In this document: piece after piece, positions 7,797 through 11,919 of the stretch
Numbering within the stretch: the stretch's first letter is position 1
How the letters are laid out: every line of letters starts with the position of its first letter
DNA from: Octopus sinensis
Lineage: Eukaryota
NCBI RefSeq assembly: GCF_006345805.1
Contig: NW_021826770.1
Location: forward strand, 1 to 11,919
Direction of reading: 5' to 3'
Length of the DNA stretch: 11,919 nucleotides
Made by a program: the position numbers and the translations under genes
Notes under the pieces: generated by a model
What the model was told of the DNA's origin: nothing
Seen by the model: the letters and a program-made list of their open reading frames with translations, nothing else
Database searches by the model: none

Positions 7797-9050
7797 TGAT
7801 GATGATAACGACGATAATATGTTGTCGTTCGTGTTGTTGATGACGGTGATGGTGATGGTGGTGGCGATGGTAGTGGTAGTGGTGAGGATGGCGGTCCAGA
7901 ACATTTTGTTATGCATGTTGCACATCCTGCCGTATATAGGAATGTTCTTTAATCGTGATGCTCCCAAAGCTGTCACTAAAGTAGTTATGTATAATTATAC
8001 AGAAAATTCATATTTAATTACTCTCAAAAATTTAGCAGCTAAAATCTCTATAAACATAATATCTTCGATTAAAATATTCTAAACGTTCTTCAAAGGTATG
8101 TCATGGCTAAATTCTCTTTAATTCATAATGAATATTTTCATCGGCTTCACAGCAGAAGCCAATTACAAACAGCCATGAGTGTAATCTCTCACTCGCTCCC
8201 TAATTCTCTTTCCTTCCCCCTCTCTCTCTCTTTCTCTCACCCTCTCTCTCTCTTTCCTGCAAGACTAATTACAATTCTATGTTTGAATTTCTTCGTTACT
8301 TTGAGGTAATCATGATATCTGCTTTACTAAAACGTTCGATTGATTCGTGCAATGACTGTCTTCAATGGAAAAAGAGTAAATCAATAGATTTCGAGAGGTT
8401 TTGTAAAATAAATAAGTTCCAACTGATTTCATGTTGAACAATTTTTTGGACCCCCTTCCGCCATCGACCTCCCTCCCCCCTCTGCCTCATCGATACCGTT
8501 TCCGAAAGAAAAACGAAAATCGTTCATTCTAATTCTGAAGCAGACATATGTCACAATTGATAATTGAGATTAAACTTCTTTCTAAAGATCACCATGAAAA
8601 TTACTCAATTACACGAGATAAAACCACGTTTGAATAATAAATTAAACGTTATTTTGACTTCTATGACATCCAGTATAAGAGAGGAAATAGTGGAAACAGT
8701 GGAAATAATGTTGGTCGCTCGGTCAGTGGTCAGTAAGTTTATATTACCTGAATTCCTCTGTATAGTTTGTGTCTAAGAATAAAGACACTTCACTCTTCTC
8801 ATTATCGATTTAACCGAACCAGCGAGGAAGACTCCACGCGGTTGCTTGTCTAGTAAGAAATGCCAATCAAATCGCTCTCAGATCATCCTCCTACTGTCTT
8901 AAAATGTCTAAGAGACGTGTGACCAAAATAATTTTGTTCAGGACTCACCGCTACCATCATCATCATCATCATCGTCGTCGTCGTCGTCATCATCATCATC
9001 ATCATCGTTATCATCATCATCATCACCATCATCAACAACAAAAGCAAACA
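7797..9050. repeat. Scattered simple repeats: (GAT/GGT)n at 7797-7890, (CT)n at 8190-8256, (CAT)n/(CAA)n at 8955-9050
   Basis: Directly visible; three separate tracts within this span. Confidence 0.85.
8805..8905 (+). mobile_element. Probable interspersed repeat (SINE internal segment)
   Basis: gactccacgcgg...aaatcgctctcagatcatcctcctactgtcttaaaa resembles an octopus repeat segment from memory. There is no second copy in the window. Confidence 0.3.
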
Positions 9051-9340
9051 ACAAAAACCGTGCTTGAAACGAAAAGCCAATTTGGCGGTAGGTGCAGTAC
9101 TGATTATCAATGCATGGGAAAACATTTATATTGTGTTCTTTTGTTTTGTTTTTTCCTTTATTGAAAAATACTATTGGTTTTCTATTTTCTACCTTAGTCG
9201 CTAAGAACGAACTATTTATTGTATCGAGTCCATATTTTCTCTATCCCAGTCACTAAGACTTCAAAAGCATCTTCTTGTATTTTACCTCTAATTGCTGTAT
9301 CAAATTCTTAACAACTCATCCTCTATTTTTTTTTTGACGC

Positions 9341-9473
9341 CAGTTGAGTATAAGGTGTCGAAACTGCGAAATGTTTTAGAGAGAGACACCTGAGGAAAGG
9401 TTCTCTTTTCGTTTCGTCTTACGTGTTCTTATCGTTTGTGCTTAATTTCGTCCTTGTCGGCATCTCTTTCTGA
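9341..9473 (+). mobile_element. Dispersed repeat fragment, possibly a Penelope-like end
   Basis: The 20-mer 9352-9371 matches 11184-11203 at 19/20, and both are followed 16-18 nt later by CTGAGGA.AG. A T-rich tail runs into (CA)n. Confidence 0.4.
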
Positions 9474-9841
9474 ACACACACACACGCACACACACACGCA
9501 CGCACACACACATACACACGTACATCTGCATACATATCGCACTCACATTACATACATTTGTTATATGAAAACATGCGGAAGCATAGAAAAGCAAAGATAA
9601 GGATGCCAGTTAGAGATTGAATACCTTTCATTTGAAGCCAAAGTATTTTCCTCATCTACTCTTGTAAGAGTTTTAAAATCTTATTTTCATTAACTGAAGT
9701 TTGCTACAGATTCGAGACGTTCTCAATACTACAGCAAATCTTACCTTATCGTTGTGTCTAAATTTATTTATCTACTCAACTTAATGCTTAAGAAATCTCC
9801 TGGTGCACGTACAAACATTCTCTCACCTTTAGCTAACACAC

Positions 9842-9875
<34 letters not shown>

Positions 9876-9890
9876 CACATACACACGCAC
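9474..9890. repeat. (CA)n tracts at 9474-9520 and 9836-9890
   Basis: Directly visible. Confidence 0.9.
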
Positions 9891-10034
9891 AGAAGATTCA
9901 TATCTTATGACATAAGTGTTTCTCAACATTTGTTATATGTCGAAGAATATTCATTTTGTAATCGAAACTCCAAAGTTAGAACAGAAGTAACTTTAGGGAT
10001 ATGATGAAACTGAGAAGCGTCATAGAATCAGGCT

Positions 10035-10242
10035 GTAAGTTGCCAGAATCGATAAACATAGCAAATTCCTTGCAGCATGTGTTCTAGCTCTTAAGGATGT
10101 GAGTTCAAATCCCACCGCCATCAACTTGACTTTTTATCTTTTCAGAGTCGAAAAAATAAACTAGTAGTCAAAGACTGGTGAGTGGGAGTGAGTTCGTACG
10201 CCAACCACACAAAATTGCAGGTTTTGTATCTAAGTTGTGTTA
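10035..10242 (+). mobile_element. SINE family B, diverged copy with a long (ATT)n tail
   Basis: B-box GAGTTCAAATCCC at ~10101-10113, gagtcgaaaaaataaa core, and a caaaattgcaggttttgt end matching the family B 3' end. Confidence 0.7.
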
Positions 10243-10356
10243 TTATTATTATTATTATTATTGTTATTATTATTATTATTGTTGTTGTTATTGTTATTAT
10301 TATTATTATTATTTATTATATATCATTATATATCATCATCATCATCATTATTATTA

Positions 10357-10390
<34 letters not shown>

Positions 10391-10468
10391 ATTATTATAT
10401 TATTTTATTATTATTATATTATTATTATTATTATTATATTATTTTTATCATCATTATTATTATTATTA

Positions 10469-10510
<42 letters not shown>
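10243..10510. repeat. Long imperfect (ATT)n microsatellite
   Basis: Directly visible, about 270 bp. Confidence 0.97.
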
Positions 10511-10511
10511 C

Positions 10512-10714
10512 AAGGCGGTGAAGAGGCGGACGCAGACAATGCTTGGCGGTTTTTCGTTCGTTTTTACATTCTGACTTCAAATCCCGACGAGGTCGACCTT
10601 GTCTTTCATCCTTTCGGGGTCGATGAAATAATTGCCAGCTTAGCACTGGGGTCGGTGTAATCGGCTAAAATCCTCTCCCGCCAAAATTTGGGCTTTGTAG
10701 AAAGGATCATTATT
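10512..10714 (+). mobile_element. SINE family B, near full length
   Basis: Starts aaggcggtga. B-box-like GACTTCAAATCCC at 10573-10585, 22-mer identical to 419-440, ends caaaatttgggctttgtagaaaggatcattatt. Confidence 0.85.
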
Positions 10715-11176
10715 CTTTTTTAAAAGCCCAAAATGCTATATTTGACCACATACAGCCACATCGAATAACATTTTTTCTGATTTTTCTCATGCAGAGACTT
10801 TTACGGTGAATTTGGAAGTTTGTCCATTCCAAGTTCAGACGATGTGCTTTTAGACATAAAATAGTTTTCTTAATATTCTGCTTGTATAAATACAAAGCGG
10901 CAAGAAATGATAGCAACGCTCTAAAAAAAAACTCACAAACGAAACAAAGATAAATGAACGTGAGTATTTATTGTAAAACAAGATACAATCTATTTTAAAA
11001 GGTACAATATTAAATTTTCATCGATGATTGCCATACTAAGAACAATTGTATTAATTTTTTTTTTGTAAAAGTAATGTATTACTTATATTAACAACATATT
11101 TATGTGTGTCATATTTTAGTTGTATCAGTTCTCATAAAGCCTATCCAACAGATGTTGATACCACTAGGGTAGCATT

Positions 11177-11229
11177 GCTGTCAAAGGTGTCGAAACAGCG
11201 AAAGAGCCTAGAAAGAAAGCTGAGGAGAG
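11177..11229 (+). repeat. Second, shorter copy of the 9341-9400 repeat
   Basis: aaggtgtcgaaacagcgaaa...tagaaagaaagctgaggagag versus aaggtgtcgaaactgcgaaa...tagagagagacacctgaggaaag. Confidence 0.5.
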
Positions 11230-11919
11230 TACTATGTGTTATGATTTGTGCCTAATTTTTGATGGCAAATATATAACAAATTATGATTATTATTACTAGT
11301 ATTTCTTAAGTTGTCTTATTGTTGTTACTATTGGATGTAGTAACCGCATCACGAGTCTTGTGGAGTTTAATACAGAATATTAATTAGAAGGATATGAAGT
11401 GGGTAGTATAGGCGGTGAGGGTTGGAATCGAAGAAAGCGTGCAAAGACCAATGGTATCGTTACTTCTGTTTGGTTACTGACCAACGCGAAAAAGTACATA
11501 GCACGCATGGTGGCGAAGGTAATAGAACACTTTGTATTAGCGATGGTAGTCGTAGCGGCAGCGGTGGTGGTAGCGGTGAGGGCAGTGTTGGTGCTGTTGA
11601 TAGCAGGATAATATTACAACGTCATCGTGGTGGAAACACAATTTTAGCGATGCTGTGAAAGACTGCGGTAATTGGCGAGAGAAAAGAAAGATTCTTCCTA
11701 ACACTACGAAGTTAATGATGAATGCCAGCCAGAACTTAGCCTTCAACTGTGTGGCAGTAGAAACATTTATTTTTCAGAATTACGAAGAATCTATTTCTGG
11801 TAACCATACTTCAGTTCCTAATCTATGACGAAAAAAATTTTTTTTCAAGTCTTTTCTTTCTTATTTTAAAACTTTCTTTCCTTCAGATAGTTTTGTTTTT
11901 TCACATCGTCTTCCAACTC

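Noticed and set aside
8883-9164. Poly-His and poly-Met ORFs
   Set aside because: Translations of the (CAT)n microsatellite.
10178-10660. 160-aa poly-Tyr/Ile ORF and overlapping frames
   Set aside because: (ATT)n has stop-free frames, and the flanks are SINE B.
11399-11660. ORFs and a possible SINE B head (aggcggtgagggttggaatcg at ~11408)
   Set aside because: The ORFs end in degenerate (GGT)n. The SINE similarity is too short and no B box follows.

Overview
AT-rich, microsatellite-dense eukaryotic non-coding DNA (intron or intergenic), most likely from an octopus or other cephalopod. That assignment rests on my recollection of cephalopod SINE families and was not checked against a database. 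No intact protein-coding gene is supported: almost every ORF in the track is a translation of a microsatellite or SINE. The window contains (i) a decayed 3' end of an RTE-clade LINE (minus strand, ~49-368) whose broken reading frame still shows the C-terminal 'SKIGLFSYLSTH' motif; (ii) about a dozen copies or fragments of three tRNA-derived SINE families, named A, B and C here for convenience, all supported by in-window cross-alignment; (iii) probable Penelope-like element ends, one with a degenerate minimal hammerhead-ribozyme fold at 1342-1371; (iv) a small inverted-repeat (foldback/MITE-like) array at 4240-4371; and (v) many simple repeats. I found no convincing new biological system. The most worthwhile leads are the hammerhead-like relics, the modular SINE A with an internal microsatellite that appears to collect insertions, and the foldback array.
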